A DNA stretch of 64,000 bases from Atractiella rhizophila (lineage: Eukaryota). Position 1 is the first letter of the stretch, and each line of letters opens with the position of its first letter. The translations under genes and the position numbers were made by a program. The DNA lies in the NCBI GenBank assembly GCA_021432655.1, contig MU271183.1, positions 1 through 64,000 on the forward strand. Reading direction: 5' to 3'. Shown here piece after piece: positions 1 to 13,007 of this stretch. Under the pieces are notes generated by a model that saw only the letters and a list, made by a program, of their open reading frames with translations, did not search any database and was not told where the DNA came from.

Positions 1-2674
1 GCGTAGGTCCCATTCAGATCCATGAGCTCGTTATGGGTTCCCCTTTCAACGATCTCGCCGTTAGCCATGCAGATGATCTGTTCTGCGTTACGAATGGTGG
101 AAAGCCGATGTGCGATGGAGATGGTCGTCCTTCCCGCAGAAGCTTTGTCGAGGGCATCTTGAACGAGTACTTCGGAGTTGGAATCGAGAGCGGAAGTTGC
201 CTGTTGCTCATCAGCTCACTAGTTCATCAATACCAAAAGGAGAAGGGACGAACTTCGTCAAGCAACAAAATGGGTGGATTGGAAATGATGGCTCTCGCAA
301 TCGCAATCCTCTGCTTCTGTCCTCCCGAAAGCAGCATTCCTCTCTCTCCAATCTTCGTCTCATATCCCTCACTAAAACCCATCACGAAATCATGCGCATT
401 CGCCTTCTTCGCCGCCTCAGCGACCAACTCTCTGACTTTCTCCTCCTCCGCATTCTCCCACTCCGTCCCAACCAGTCCATACGCGATGTTCTCTTTTATT
501 GATGCCTTGAACAACGTCGGTTCTTGTGCCACCAATCCGATTTGGGAGCGGAGCCATTTGACATTCAAGTCGTTGATGTCCACACCGTCCAAGCTGATTG
601 TACCCGCTATCGGGTCGTAGAAGCGCTCCAGTAGACAGACGATCGTGCTCTTCCCACTCCCGCTTGCGCCGACCAAAGCCGTCGTCTTGCCTGGGGGGAA
701 GATGGCAGATACGCCTTTCAGGACTTGCACTTTCGGACGGGCTGGATATCTATCCTCGCCCCGCCTGGTGAGATGCCTGTCAAAAGGTGAGGGGAGCGAC
801 GAACATGAAATCCAGGTTTTGGATCTCGATCAGACCTGTTACTTTCTCTAATTTCTTCCCTGCTTCAGATGCAGAGTCGATGGGCGGTACACGATCGATG
901 GTCGCGAAGATCTGTAGTCTCGTTATTAGGCATTCTTTATATGGGAGGGAATGGAAGGTACATACCTTGGCTCCTGCTGCTCGAGCTGTAGTGAACGCTT
1001 GCAGGTTCGGGGCAGCCTGAGAGAGCGCGAAGGAACCCATGATGATCTACTCCCACAGATTCAGACATATGGAACTTGTAGTGAGAGGGATGAACCGACA
1101 GAGAAAAAGACTGTGACGATCTCTCCTCCGTCCGTCGAACCATCGATGATCAACGTTGTCCCGTACTATCATCCACTCCACATCAGTTTTCTTCTTTTAT
1201 CGATAGAGTGGACAGGACATACCCAAAAGGCGAGAGCATAAGCAGCATAAACGACAAAAAACATTAATCCGAGTCCAGCCGCATGAAAGAAGCCTCCTCT
1301 AACACCCAACGCTCTCGCTCTCTCATTCGGGAGAGAGAAGAGGGTATCCAGCTTCTTCGCGATCCCAAACGCCTTCACCGTCCTCACATTAACAATCGCC
1401 TCCTCGGACAAAGTCCCCTCCTCAGCGATACAATCCAGCACTCTTGTCTTGTACCGCGCTCCAAAGTACCCCAGAGAACCGACTGTGAGAGCTATGGCTG
1501 GAACTGTAACCCGCAAGGCGTCAGTGTCAGTCTGTTTCGCGAGCGGAGGGGAGGAACACACTGATGGTGCTGATAACCCCTGCCAGACGGGCGTTGCGGT
1601 AGAAGGCGATGATGAAGCCTGCGACGGAGACGGAGAGGAAGGAAAGCGTGATGGGGACCTTGTCTGATATTCCGGACTGTATGAGAGACGTGTCGGCTTG
1701 GATTCTGCAACATCAATCAGTGTTTCCAGGCCCGCATAAGGTCGATGTGTGACAGAGAGACATACCGAGTGGCTATCTCTCCTGGACCGACTTTGTCAAA
1801 GTACGCGCTGGAAGACTCCCACCATCAGCGCATTCAAAAAAGGGAGGAACGGAAGTATATACATATTCTGTCTTAGGACGGCTAAGAATCCCAAATCAGT
1901 ACCTTCAGTGTAAAGAAGAAGGGTAAAAGCGTGCCTCTCAAATACGCTCTTCTGATCCTAATTGTCGCCCTCTCTCCGGTCCACACCCAGGTCGTCATAT
2001 GCAAGAAGCTAGCCAAAAACATGCCCCCACCGAGTCCAACCATGATAGAAGCTGCTCGAGACACATCATGGAAGAGCTTATCCTTCGCGTGTGCCAGGGC
2101 GGCAGGGTCGATGGAGGACGGGTCCGGAGTTGCACTTGTGCTGTTAGGAGGCAGGAGGGCGGATCCGAAGTTGATGAAGGAGGTGGTGAGGGAGCCGAAG
2201 ACGATGATTTGTACCTGTTTCGAGTTTCAGTTGGTTTATTCTTTAAGGAGAGAAGCGCACGGGTTGTAAGGCGCCGACGGCGCAGGCGGAAATGAGTCCG
2301 ATGAAGTTGAGGAAGAGCTCGAATGGCGTGTGGAATCTGAAGAGCTGGAAAGATGAGAGGGGAGGGATTGTCGGCTCTTCCTTCTTCTCTTTCCCCTTTC
2401 CATCCTTCTTCTCCTCTTTCGACTCCTTTGCATGCTTCGCACCCTTTTTCTTCCCTTCCTTCCCCTTCTTCTTCCCCTTTTTGCTGTCCTCTTTCAATTG
2501 AGCGGTAGTGGAGGGAGAGAAAGCATCGCCCAGCTCTCCTCCAGTCACTTGCGACACTAGAATCCTGCGCGCTCTCTCGTCCAAATGTGCCAGTTCATCT
2601 TCTTCCTTAACATCAATGGCATGCTCTTGCTTCTCCTTCTTTTCCACTTCCGACTCCGAGCCAGGACGCGCCAT
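1..2674 (-). CDS. ABCB/MDR-type (P-glycoprotein-like) ABC transporter, 5' portion; multi-exon, continues beyond the window start
   Basis: Walker [11 protein letters not shown]-loop VAQEP, signature [14 protein letters not shown] and Walker B ILLLDE in 227-730; TMD exons ([23 protein letters not shown]) in 1169-2442; GT-AG introns. Confidence 0.95.
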
Positions 2675-3405
2675 TCTGCTTTCGCGCTCGAATGCTCTCC
2701 TGAATGTAATAAGGACCTCGAGAGGAAAGACTGAGACGTTGCCTCGTAATATACACCTGAGATGACTTGGGACTCAATTTCAGCCAAGAACGTCGTTCAC
2801 GCACGCTGTACGGCTCGCTCGAGTGGGGCGGAATGACGGAACGCTGCACTTGGAACAGGACACGTCTCCTTTCTGACTTCCTTTATATTGCACGGCTCGT
2901 CCTTAAATGTCGAAATAAACTTGACTGCGATAATTTGTGGGAATGCTGCGTTGCATTTGCAGCCGAATGGATGACGCTGCAAGGGGGTCAAGATCCCAGT
3001 TTTTGAGGAACCCTGCGGCTGGTTGAGAGCAAGAAACCCATCGTAAACCATCCGTCGGATCCACACAACACATTGAGGTGTTCATGGTTCAATTAGGTTC
3101 CGTCTTCAGAGTTTACTGACAACCTGAAACCAATGAGCGTTATTTATTCCAAAGACGGAGTGGGAATGAGCTAGGAGGAAGTAACGTGGATGATATCGTC
3201 ACGGTTTAATATAAGAACTATAAAAGGACTCCGAAATTTGCTGTGGTTTTCATCACCTTTGCCTTTGCAACTATAGGTACAGCCTATCCAGCAGTGTGTA
3301 CCAGAACATTCTTAATTCTCGGTTCTTCCTTGATTTGTTGCATAGAGCCAATCTCTCCATCATCGATCACAGGGATGCTACATTTAAAAAATTAGTGCAA
3401 GCATG

Positions 3406-6400
3406 TCACGATTCCTTCCCCAGTTCCGCTGCTACAAGTTCCATGATGGCTACCGTTGGCTTCCCATCGTTCTTGTCATCCTTTGCAATCTTCTGCCACG
3501 CTTCACCATGCCTTGGTTCCGCCTCTTTAACTCCAACCTTCACCTTCTCTTTCTGTTCCTAAAAGGCAAATGCTAAGTCAAGGCAAATCAAGCGGAAAGA
3601 TAGGGACACACCTCGTCTCCATGTTCGAGTTCAAATCGCCACCACCACGCCCATCCATCTCCCCAGTCCTTGTCCCCTCCAGCTCCCACAGCGCGCGAGA
3701 ACCAATTCCTGGCTGAATCGTACTTCCTTTCCGCCTGGAAGAGTCGTGCGACGGTGCAGACCACCACTGGAGAATTGTTCGTCCTCTTCAGAGCGTCCAC
3801 TCCACGTTTCTTCCGTTGTGGACGGTCTTCGAGCCAAATGGCATGTGTGTGAAGTAAGCCGGATGATGGACACTCCTGCAGACCTATTTATTCAACAAAA
3901 TCCAGTTAGCATTCTCACTCAAGGGCATAAATAGAATTGATGGAAAAGCCAGAGAGACGCACCACGGGCTAACATCGCCTTGGCTTGTCCCGTTCCAGCG
4001 CGCTCCTCGACGCGAATAGACTCCAACCAAAGCTGCTCATCCTTCTCGTTCCTTGCTCTCGCCTTCTCCAGCAGAGCTCGCGCCTTGATAGTCAATCCTG
4101 CCTGCTCTTCCAACCTGCTCGCAAGAATCCAGAGCGGGATGGAATGTGGACACCTCTTCACTCCGGTTGCGTATATCTCCCGTGCTTGTTGGAGGTTCCC
4201 TTGTAAATTTAGTAGTTGGCCCTTGATCATGTATAGCTTTGAACCGGTCGGAAACTTTTCTAATGCTTGGTTGACGAGCTCGAGGGCTGAGCTGGGCGAT
4301 GAATGTTTGCGTTGGAACACGACGGATTTCATCCAAACCTGTAGCGCGCGAAACAAATGCAATCAATGTAATGACCAAACCCAACAGAAGAGAAAAGCAA
4401 GAATGATCCGTACGTTTTCTGTCGGCGCTCCGACCCTTGCTCTGTCCAGCAAGACGCGCGCTGCCTCCAAGTTTCCATTCTCCGTCTCCAGTTTGGCAGC
4501 TGCGAGCCAGATACTTTCCGACGCATCATTAGCCGCGAACGCGCCTTTAAGAATCTCTCGTGCCCGTTCAACGTCTCCGCCCAACCACGCTTCCTTCGCA
4601 CCCATGAGCCAAAGCACTTCGGCGTGCGGACAGGCAGCCGTAGCGCGACCCAGGAGACTGAGCAGGTCTTCCCTATTCCATGGACCACGTTCATCATTAT
4701 GTAACATATGAATGAGGGTAAGACGAACCGTGTTCCATGCGCTTTCTCCAGGTCCGCCGCCTTCCTCCACAACTGTGGTTTGTTCGGAAACGTCTTAAGG
4801 GCATGGGCGAGTATGGCACGGGAGGTATGGACCGCGCCACGGTTCAGAGACAGAGTAGCGTCCTCCATCCAAGTATCGAGCCGATCCTCCTCCTCGATAT
4901 CCAACCAAATGGTATTCGAAATAATCGCCGCACAAGTCAAAATACTACCCTGCTTCTCGCATTTTTCCGCCTCCCAAATCCATACCTCTCGTCCAAACTC
5001 CACGCCTGCATTCTTGAGACTCTTCACTGCGCTTGCAATGATACGTTCTACCTGTCCTCCTTCTTGCTCCTGCAGCCTCGCGGCAGCGATCCAAATCTCA
5101 TGTGAAGTCGGGATCGTGGAACGAGCCTTGTTTAGAACTCCCTTCGCACGTTCAGGAGTTTCGAGACGCGCTAGAGCGAGCCAAAGCTCAGCAGAATGTG
5201 GGATCACTTCCACCGCTCTTTGTAGTAGGAGACGCGCATCCGATGGGGACGACTCGAGCTGGACTGCCGCTTTCCAAAGCTTGACAGATGCAGGAACATA
5301 CTCCAATGCTGTTAGACCATCGTCAGTCCGAGAGTTCCAGCAGGAAGCAGGAGCTAAGCTTCGCACCTTTTCGATATACGTTCTTCTTCGCTTTTACATC
5401 CCCCTCTAACTCAGCAGCCTTCGTCCATATCCTCACGCTTGTAGGGAGATGTTGGACAGCCTGAGCGAGGATGATCTTGGCATTCTCGTTCGTCTATTCC
5501 ATACCTAGTTAGTCTCATGCAGAACGGAGCAAGAAGAAAACAAAGGAAACGAACGACGCACGTTGAGCCTAGCGGCCTCAATCCACACATCATCTGACGA
5601 CGGACACTCTTCGCATCCCTTCGCAATGATTTTTCGCGCAGCAACAGTCCGACCTGCCACCTCCTCCACTCTTGCGGCTGCGATCCATCCAGGTGCGTGT
5701 TTTGGGTTCGTTTTTATCACTGAGTCGAGGAGCGCACGAGCCTTCTTAATATCCCTTTGCAATACATATAGTCAACATAGGCGGATGTAAAAGGAATAGG
5801 AACACACCCGATTTCTGCAGAGGTTTTGAGAACGACACTGTCCAGTGACGTGAGGTAACCTTTCGGATCTATAGAGGTTGAACCGTTCACAGAATCTTTA
5901 ATCTACCCCAACAATCAGTTAACATCGAACTTCCAATGAGACAATGAAAGCACGAACCTGGTCCAGCTTAAGACTTAGAACGCTGTTCCTTGCCATACCA
6001 ATCTCCGTCAGATCCGTCAACTCTCCTCCTGTCCCCGCGCCACCCTCCTTCATCTGTGCTTCATCCAAGCTCGTTTCCATTGCATTTGCATTCCTGCCTG
6101 TAACAATGACTGAGTCAGGAACGACAAAAGCACGTCCTTCGTTCCTCTCCTTTCTTTTCCGTTTCCCCGTCAGATTTCCGACCTCGGGTAGGTTGGTCCA
6201 CTCCTCTTCCGTCACGTCCGTTAGTCCTCTTTTCAAATCTGCAAACTGCAACTGGATGCGCGGTCGTTCCTCTCGGTACTTTTCCAGCTCTGCCTTCTCC
6301 CTGGCTTCTCGTCGTGCTTTACGTCGAGTGTCCATTATCGCATCGACAGTTTCATAGATCTTGTCCGCCTCCTCATCTTCCTGGTCATATACAGCACCTA

Positions 6401-6742
6401 GTCCCCCCCGTTACTGCATCAATCAACACGTTTCAGCGAGTAAAGATACTTACCAGCAAACAACCCGCTCTCATTCTCCGGATCCTGATACTGGCCATCC
6501 TCTCCTTCCTCTCCACCCTCCTCCTTCTTCGCCTGAGCGGCCGCGGCCACCGCCTCGAGCGAGGGTCCCTCTCGTGCCGGTCCAATATCAGAACGGGTAG
6601 TAAATCCTGATGCTCCACGTCCCAGACCAGCGACGTAGGAAGGAGGTGCCTGTAACCGATTTTGTCAGGCTGAAGCCTGGGTGGACGCAAAACATACCTG
6701 CATGCGCAGGAACGCATATTTGTCACCGGAGAGGCTTGCCAT
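3406..6742 (-). CDS. PRP6: Pre-mRNA splicing factor Prp6/Prp1 (U4/U6.U5 tri-snRNP TPR/HAT protein), multi-exon
   Basis: N-terminal [62 protein letters not shown] and many HAT repeats; ATG at 6742, TGA at 3406. Confidence 0.95.
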
Positions 6743-7137
6743 ATCCGTTGGCCACAGAGTAAACTAATAGAACAATATAGCTTGGGTTGCCCCTACTAGT
6801 AGGCACTTTTGCCACTCTATAAAACCTTAGGGGCTGGATGACCCACTTGAGGGGTTGTTCCATGATATCCGACGGCTCCAGATGTATCTCCATGATCTTA
6901 GATGCTTTCGTCTCATACTTTCCTCTGAGCAGCCAGGACTGTGGAACATTGACTAATGTAAAATATTTCTGATGAATAAGCACTTGGTAGCAGACAAATA
7001 ACAAGTGCATTCAGCATTTCACTACATACAAATAACACAAATCGCTACTAATCACTCACATCTCAAAACCGTACTCCACAGATCAAACCGAATCTCAGTA
7101 CGTATGCTAGTCCATATACATTTGTTCCATGAAACAA

Positions 7138-8658
7138 TCATGCACCAGGCCTTCTCCAATCGCTCTCGGTGTCTGTCCTTCTCCTTCCTCCAGCAGCAGA
7201 AAAGCCCTTCGCGTTCCATTCCTGTCTGAGAGGAATAGGAGTGGACGTTGAATCCACGCTCCAAGTTCGTCCATGCGGGCGACGGTAAGCAGAAGAAGGT
7301 GCTGGCGGAGGTGCGTTGAAGGTGGAGAAGAAAGAGGAGGTTGCAGCTGGTTTCGAAGGTGAAGAAGGTGGAGATTTTGAATCGGTTGGAAGCAATGCCT
7401 TCAGTTTGTCCAATCCAAACGGAGGGGAAGTGGTATCCATCTCCACAGCCGGATTTCGAGGACGAAAACGTGTAGCTCCGTTTGAGGAGGCTGACGTGGA
7501 CTGAGAGGATGAGAAGCCAGCGTTGGCCCGATGCGGCGGACGGTAAGGAGAGACAGGTGGTGACGTTTGCACAGAAGAAACGGAGGTGCTGCGCCTGTGC
7601 CTGTTCTGGAACGAAAATCTGCTACTTTCGTCCATCGCTGGAGCTCTCCAAATATTATCCTCTTTCTCCTTCCTTTCGGGCTTCGTCTGCAATCCCTGCC
7701 TCTCTAGCCTATCCCGTTTTTCCCTACCCCAATCTTCCACTCCCTTCTTCCTCTGATCTTCATCCTTGATCAACTCCCTCAAACCTTCCAATCCTCCTGG
7801 ATCGCCATCACGCGTCAACTCGTCAACCCAAAACGGTATCGATTCCTCCCAAATGACATGAAAATTGAGCGGATCAATAGGATCGATATACTTCGGATCT
7901 ACCGTCCCGTCGCCCTCTTTCGTGCAAATGTGTCGATTTAGGTCCATAATGTGAATACGATCCGAAAAGTCAGTATGCAGGGTTGGGATCTGAGCAAGAG
8001 CGCGATTGTAAGCAAACGTCATTCGTCGACGGGTAGCCATATCGTGAGGGCCGCACTCGCCCAAGAGTCGCATTTTCTGTTTATCCCCTTGTCCGGTCGC
8101 GTCAGACGCGAGAGAAGCCGCAATGCCTTCCTTCCCTCGATACTTGCGTAGAAACTCTTCTAGTCGATCGTCCTCGATGATAGGCATGATAGCACCCATG
8201 ATCCACAGGTGCTCGATATAACCTTCCTCCGAGCTTCCAACCATTCTCTTCGCCACCAACTCCTCCCCTATCCAGCGAGAATAGGCATTATAGACATCCA
8301 GTACCCATTCGTCTGGTGAGCGGACAGAAGAAGGTGGACGCGTCTGCAACTGGTGGAGGTAGTTGATAGAGATGTCCACTTGCCCGAATACGAGGAGGAG
8401 ATTGCGAGGTTGATTGATATCCAGCTCTTCAAGAACGAGTGGCGATAGGCGAAGGGAAGAATTGGGGTTTGCCAATCCCTACGATGATTGAGCCGTCGTT
8501 TTAATGATGGGAAAGACAAAAAGTTACTCGTGCTGAGGCACCCTTCCATTTTCTTGTCTTGACTGTTATGAAATCATCAGGTGAATTACATAATTACAGC
8601 AAGATCCAAGTACCTGCATGCTTGGGAAAAAGAGTTAATGTTCCGAGAAAACTGTCCC
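7138..8658 (-). CDS. Hypothetical protein with SGNH/GDSL-like N-terminal domain and S/P-rich disordered tail; first exon not resolved
   Basis: Splicing two small exons to the 445-aa ORF gives GDSFLGTLTLFPKHAVKTRKWKGASARGLANPNS...LVFGQVD...DPLNFH, which resembles SGNH blocks I, II, III and V. Confidence 0.6.
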
Positions 8659-8772
8659 CTAGTCACAAAACAGAGTTAGCAAGAGCTCAAACAGGAGGTG
8701 CAGGGTGGCAGGAGATCGGTCAAGTGGAAAATGACAGCGTCACGAAAGACGCAACTGAGCAGCACAACGATT

Positions 8773-10414
8773 CCCACTTTTTACACCTCTTTCAGCCGCA
8801 ATAGCCTGAAATTATTATGTTCTACCAAAAAACCAATTCGAAACCATCATTGTAGACATGCACACGGCATCCTCCTACCCCAGCCTACTCCTCTCAGTAA
8901 ACGACCAAAAACGCACCAAATGCCCAAAGAAATGGTTCCTTTTTTACTCTCTCCTTAGTTGCCCAGCTCTCGCTACGTCCCCTTGTATGGCCGCGCTGAG
9001 GAGACTTTGCGGAAGCATCAATGTCGCCGTCCATCGTAGGGAGGGCGTTTGGACGCTCACTACAATGGTGGATCACGTAGTTTAGTTTGGAGAGCAGTTC
9101 ACTATGTTCAACGCAAGATCCAACCAAGTCCAAGCTCTTCAGAACCTGCTTGAGAACTTCTTTCCCTTCCCAAAAATAACGGTCGCACAGATTCTTCAAA
9201 CTTTTGTCAGCTTCCTGACGTAGAAATTCGTTTTCCTAACCTGCCGCTGGATTAAGGCTTGCCAAAGTCATCAAGATCAATAGTTCGAACAAAACTCACG
9301 ATAAATAATCCTATCTTTGAGCTAATGACTTGCAAATAAAACAAACGGGTCGAAGACAAGGAGCAAAACGATTAGCCTACTTTCGGTCGTTTCGGAAGTG
9401 AGATTTCTTCATACATTATTTCTGTATCCATGCTCTACAATTCCCATTCAGCGTCACAATTTCATCAGGAGCGTGAAACCTGCAACACATAAATAAATCT
9501 GGCTCATGATAACGAAATGGCGTACCATCATAGCCCTTGGACCCCACGGTCTGATAAGCCATGGCTTTTAGTTTCCCATCCTTCACATAACCCACTTTTT
9601 ACACCTCTTTCAGCCGCAATAGCCTGAAATTATTATGTTCTACCAAAAAACCAATTCGAAACCATCATTGTAGACATGCACACGGCATCCTCCTACCCCA
9701 GCCTACTCCTCTCAGTGAACGACCCAAAAACGTACCAAATGCCCAAAGAAATGGTTCCTTTTTTACTCTCTCCTTAGTTGCCCAGCTCTCGCTACGTCCC
9801 CTTGTATGGCCGCGCTGAGGAGACTTTGCGGGAGCATCAATGTCGCCGTCCATCGTGGCGAAGGTGTCTGAACGCTCACTACAATAGTGGATCACGTAGT
9901 TTAGTTCGGAGGGTATGTTCAAGGAAACAACCAACTCCAAGCTCTTCAGAATCTGCTTGCGAACTTCTTTCCCTTCCCAAAAATAACGGTCGTACAGATT
10001 CTTCAAACTTTTGTCAGCTTCCTGACGTAGAAATTCGTTTTCCTAACCTGCCGCTGGATCAAGGTCTTAAACCCCCATTAAGGCTTGCCAAAATCATCAA
10101 GATCAATAGTTCGAACAAAACTCACGATAAATAATCTTATCTTTGAGCTAATGACTTGCAAACAAAACAAACGGGTCGAAGACAAGGAGCAAAACGATTA
10201 GCCTACTTTCGGTCGTTTCGGAAGTGAGATTTCTTCATACATTATTTCTGTATCCATGCTCTACAATTCCCATTCAGCGTCACAATTTCATCAGGAGCGT
10301 GAAACCTGCAACACATAAATAAATCTGGCTCATGATAACGAAATGGCGTACCATCATAGCCCTTGGACCCCACGGTCTGATAAGCCATGGCTTTTAGTTT
10401 CCCATCCTTCACAT
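8773..10414. repeat. Tandem duplication, 2 x ~0.82 kb (8773-9589 / 9591-10414); the first copy carries an orphan 3' end of the O-methyltransferase gene
   Basis: Direct alignment: identical ends, with SNPs and indels in the middle. Confidence 0.95.
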
Positions 10415-11173
10415 ACTCCTTCAATATCTTATTAAACCGAATAACTCCTTGCACTCTCGAGTCCGGATGGTCAGGTTCAACAATAGCACCTTGCCTGATA
10501 GTATTGTCGCAGAGAATGACAGCTCCAGGACGGCACAGCTGATAGGCAAGCTCGAGATACACAGGGTAGGACTCCTTGTCTGCGTCCATGAAGACGAAGT
10601 CCGTTTTCTCCTTGAAGCTCTCGTCTTTGAGCAATTCCTTCAAGATCGCAGTACAGTCACCTTCCTTCAACTCCACCACACCATCCACTCCTGCTCGTTT
10701 GAAGTTCTCTCGCGCCACTTTGACGTGGATGGGATTCGTTTCAATCGTAACCACCTTGCCCAAAGGTTTCCCATCCGTCTTGGGAAGGAGAACCCGTGCC
10801 ATCCAAATCGTCGAAACCTGATTCGATATCCAGCCTTCAGCACTGTCTAAAGCAAAGTAGAGCAACGTACGCCAGCCAGAGTTCCTAGCTCAATGGCACG
10901 ATACTCTCCACTTTTCAGATTCGGAGAACCCGCCAGGTTCTGAGCAAGGAGGATCTGGAGGAACTGTCCTTGTTGTTTCGTAACGTTGATGTCTGGAATA
11001 GGAGGATCGTGAGCGGCTTGAGACTGAATCGCGGCGTCGATCGCAGCATCTTCAGGCAGAAGCGTGGCATCGTGAAACTCGTCCACCAGTTTGTGGATTT
11101 CTTCCGGTGAGTAGCGCTTGAGCGTATTGGCTTGGGGAGGGTAGTTCCCCATGGAAGAAGTCACTGTTGTCAT
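10280..11173 (-). CDS. SAM-dependent O-methyltransferase (family 3, CCoAOMT/COMT-like), 3 exons
   Basis: INVTKQQGQFL, IELGTLAG, DFVFMDADKESYPVY, ILCDN; last exon GFTLLMKL*; start could be 11173 or the downstream ATG near 11152. Confidence 0.9.
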
Positions 11174-11541
11174 TTCTGCCACTGTAAACGATGCTCGATG
11201 AACTGTGGGTTGATCGGCTTGACTCAGCACAGGTAGACGCTTCAGAGTAGACCCTAGACCCATAGCCGCCCGGCAGCTGAGCAAGGAGATTTTCTCACTC
11301 GATCGCTGTACGAGTTGATCTCTAGTAATGGATAGGAACAGGTTTGTTCGTTGTTAGGGCATGACCATGAAATTCATGGAAATTCTGAATATTTATACAC
11401 CAATCATTATTGTCCAATGATGATTGATCACGACTCTTTCCCGTTACATCGACCTGAAAAAACATTTAAAATTCAAATATTCTGACTTCTCCTGGAAACA
11501 GAACGCGCTTGTTATAACCAGTTAGCAAAAATTAGAGATCT

Positions 11542-13007
11542 TCACCGATGAACTCTGGATCGCCATCTCTTGACCCTATATTCTGAAGCGTCTTCCTTTC
11601 TGAAATCCTGACTGAAACCGGCATCCGACGTCAGCTCTGTCGTCTTTTCTCTGCCTTCCTGCTGCTTAGAATTATCTACGGTTCCTTTCTGTTCTTGAGC
11701 CTGTTCCTTTTCGCTTGAGCCACCTTCCTCGTCTTGGATCTGTTCCTCTTCTTCGCTTGGTTCCCCTTCCTCATCTTCCTCTTGGACGGCGACACCAGCT
11801 ACAATTCGGATCTCAGGGTGCATCTCAAACCACCGTTGGCAGAGTGTTTGCCTCTTCAACGTCTCGAAATTCATATTGCGACGGCGAGTGTCTAGTTGGT
11901 ATCAGCATTAGCAGCGGAAAGGGATCCGGAACATACTACGCTAAGAGTCTATCGCTGCGTCTCCGCCTTCAGCTTCCTTCATCTCCGCATCTTTATCTAG
12001 GAAATAATGATCGCTCGCTAGCATGTCGAAGACCTCGACGTACCTTCCCACCCGTCTACGATACTTGGTAAAGAGGAATGTGATGTCCCTTGATCTCTCT
12101 CTTTGCTTCCTTTAGGTTTTCTAGCTTTGACGGCTAAATTCTGAGGGACGGTGACCCTGTTAGCTGTTTGTGCCGGAATTCGTGCGTTATTGATGACGTT
12201 AAATGCGAAACGAGAATACAAGTGATGGACGGAAATTCCAGACGGAAGAGCAATCGGACGCAAGTGATATTGTGAGACGTAGGATTCCTCCCAGGTTAGG
12301 AAGTATGGGACAATTTTCCCCCCGTATGGAGCCAGAACAAATTCGTAAGCATCAAAAGAAATGTGGATGTCGGCGCGCATCGCGAGTCCGTTTGATACGT
12401 CTTCGGTCAACGCAGGTCCCTTGATGTTGTGTTGACGCTGCAAATGGAATTGAAACCACTCCACTTCATCTGTCGGGACCAAATGAGCATTTTGCAAACA
12501 GAAGCAGACGCTAGACCCGACCATCATGAGCCGTAGCACCAGTTGCAAGAAGAGAACCAACACCATGAAGAAATGAGGCATTTTTTGTGTGAAGCCGTTA
12601 CCATGTCTGACATACTGGAAGCCGCAATATTGGCAAGATGGCTTATTCCGTGTCCAATGACCCGGTGGCTCCTCAGGCGGCGTCCAGGCGCGAAAGTCAG
12701 TAATGACGGGATACTTTCTTTTCTTTCCATCCACAAGATATAGGTATGCGGATCCCTCCAGAGTTATTACAGAGTCAGGATTGCATGTCCATTCTGGTCC
12801 GTTAGACACCCGCCAGAGTTGTTTGCTAAGACTCTGCAGACAGTGCGAATTTATGATCAACTCCAAAACCGAGCACCTGCTCGAGCTTGGGAGGACGATC
12901 AGCAATTCTTTAGGCTCGGGGCGAAAGAGCTTGACGCGGCGGTTAGGATCCTTCAGGTCCGTATGCGTTGGGATAGGAGGGTCTTGTCCCAGTGTACGTC
13001 TATCCAT
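11542..13007 (-). pseudogene. Fungal HNH-endonuclease-domain (HNH_2-like) gene, frameshifted
   Basis: AHLVP...WF...DVSNGLAMRADIHISFD...YHLRPIALP...LYSRFAF motif; family-like N-terminal GVDHKFALDVCRVLANN and YPVITDFRAW segments fall in different frames. Confidence 0.7.

Noticed and set aside
11415..11490. Box C (ATGATGA) with two CTGA motifs, possible C/D snoRNA
   Set aside because: No C' box or terminal stem; the rRNA-like match is not adjacent to a D box
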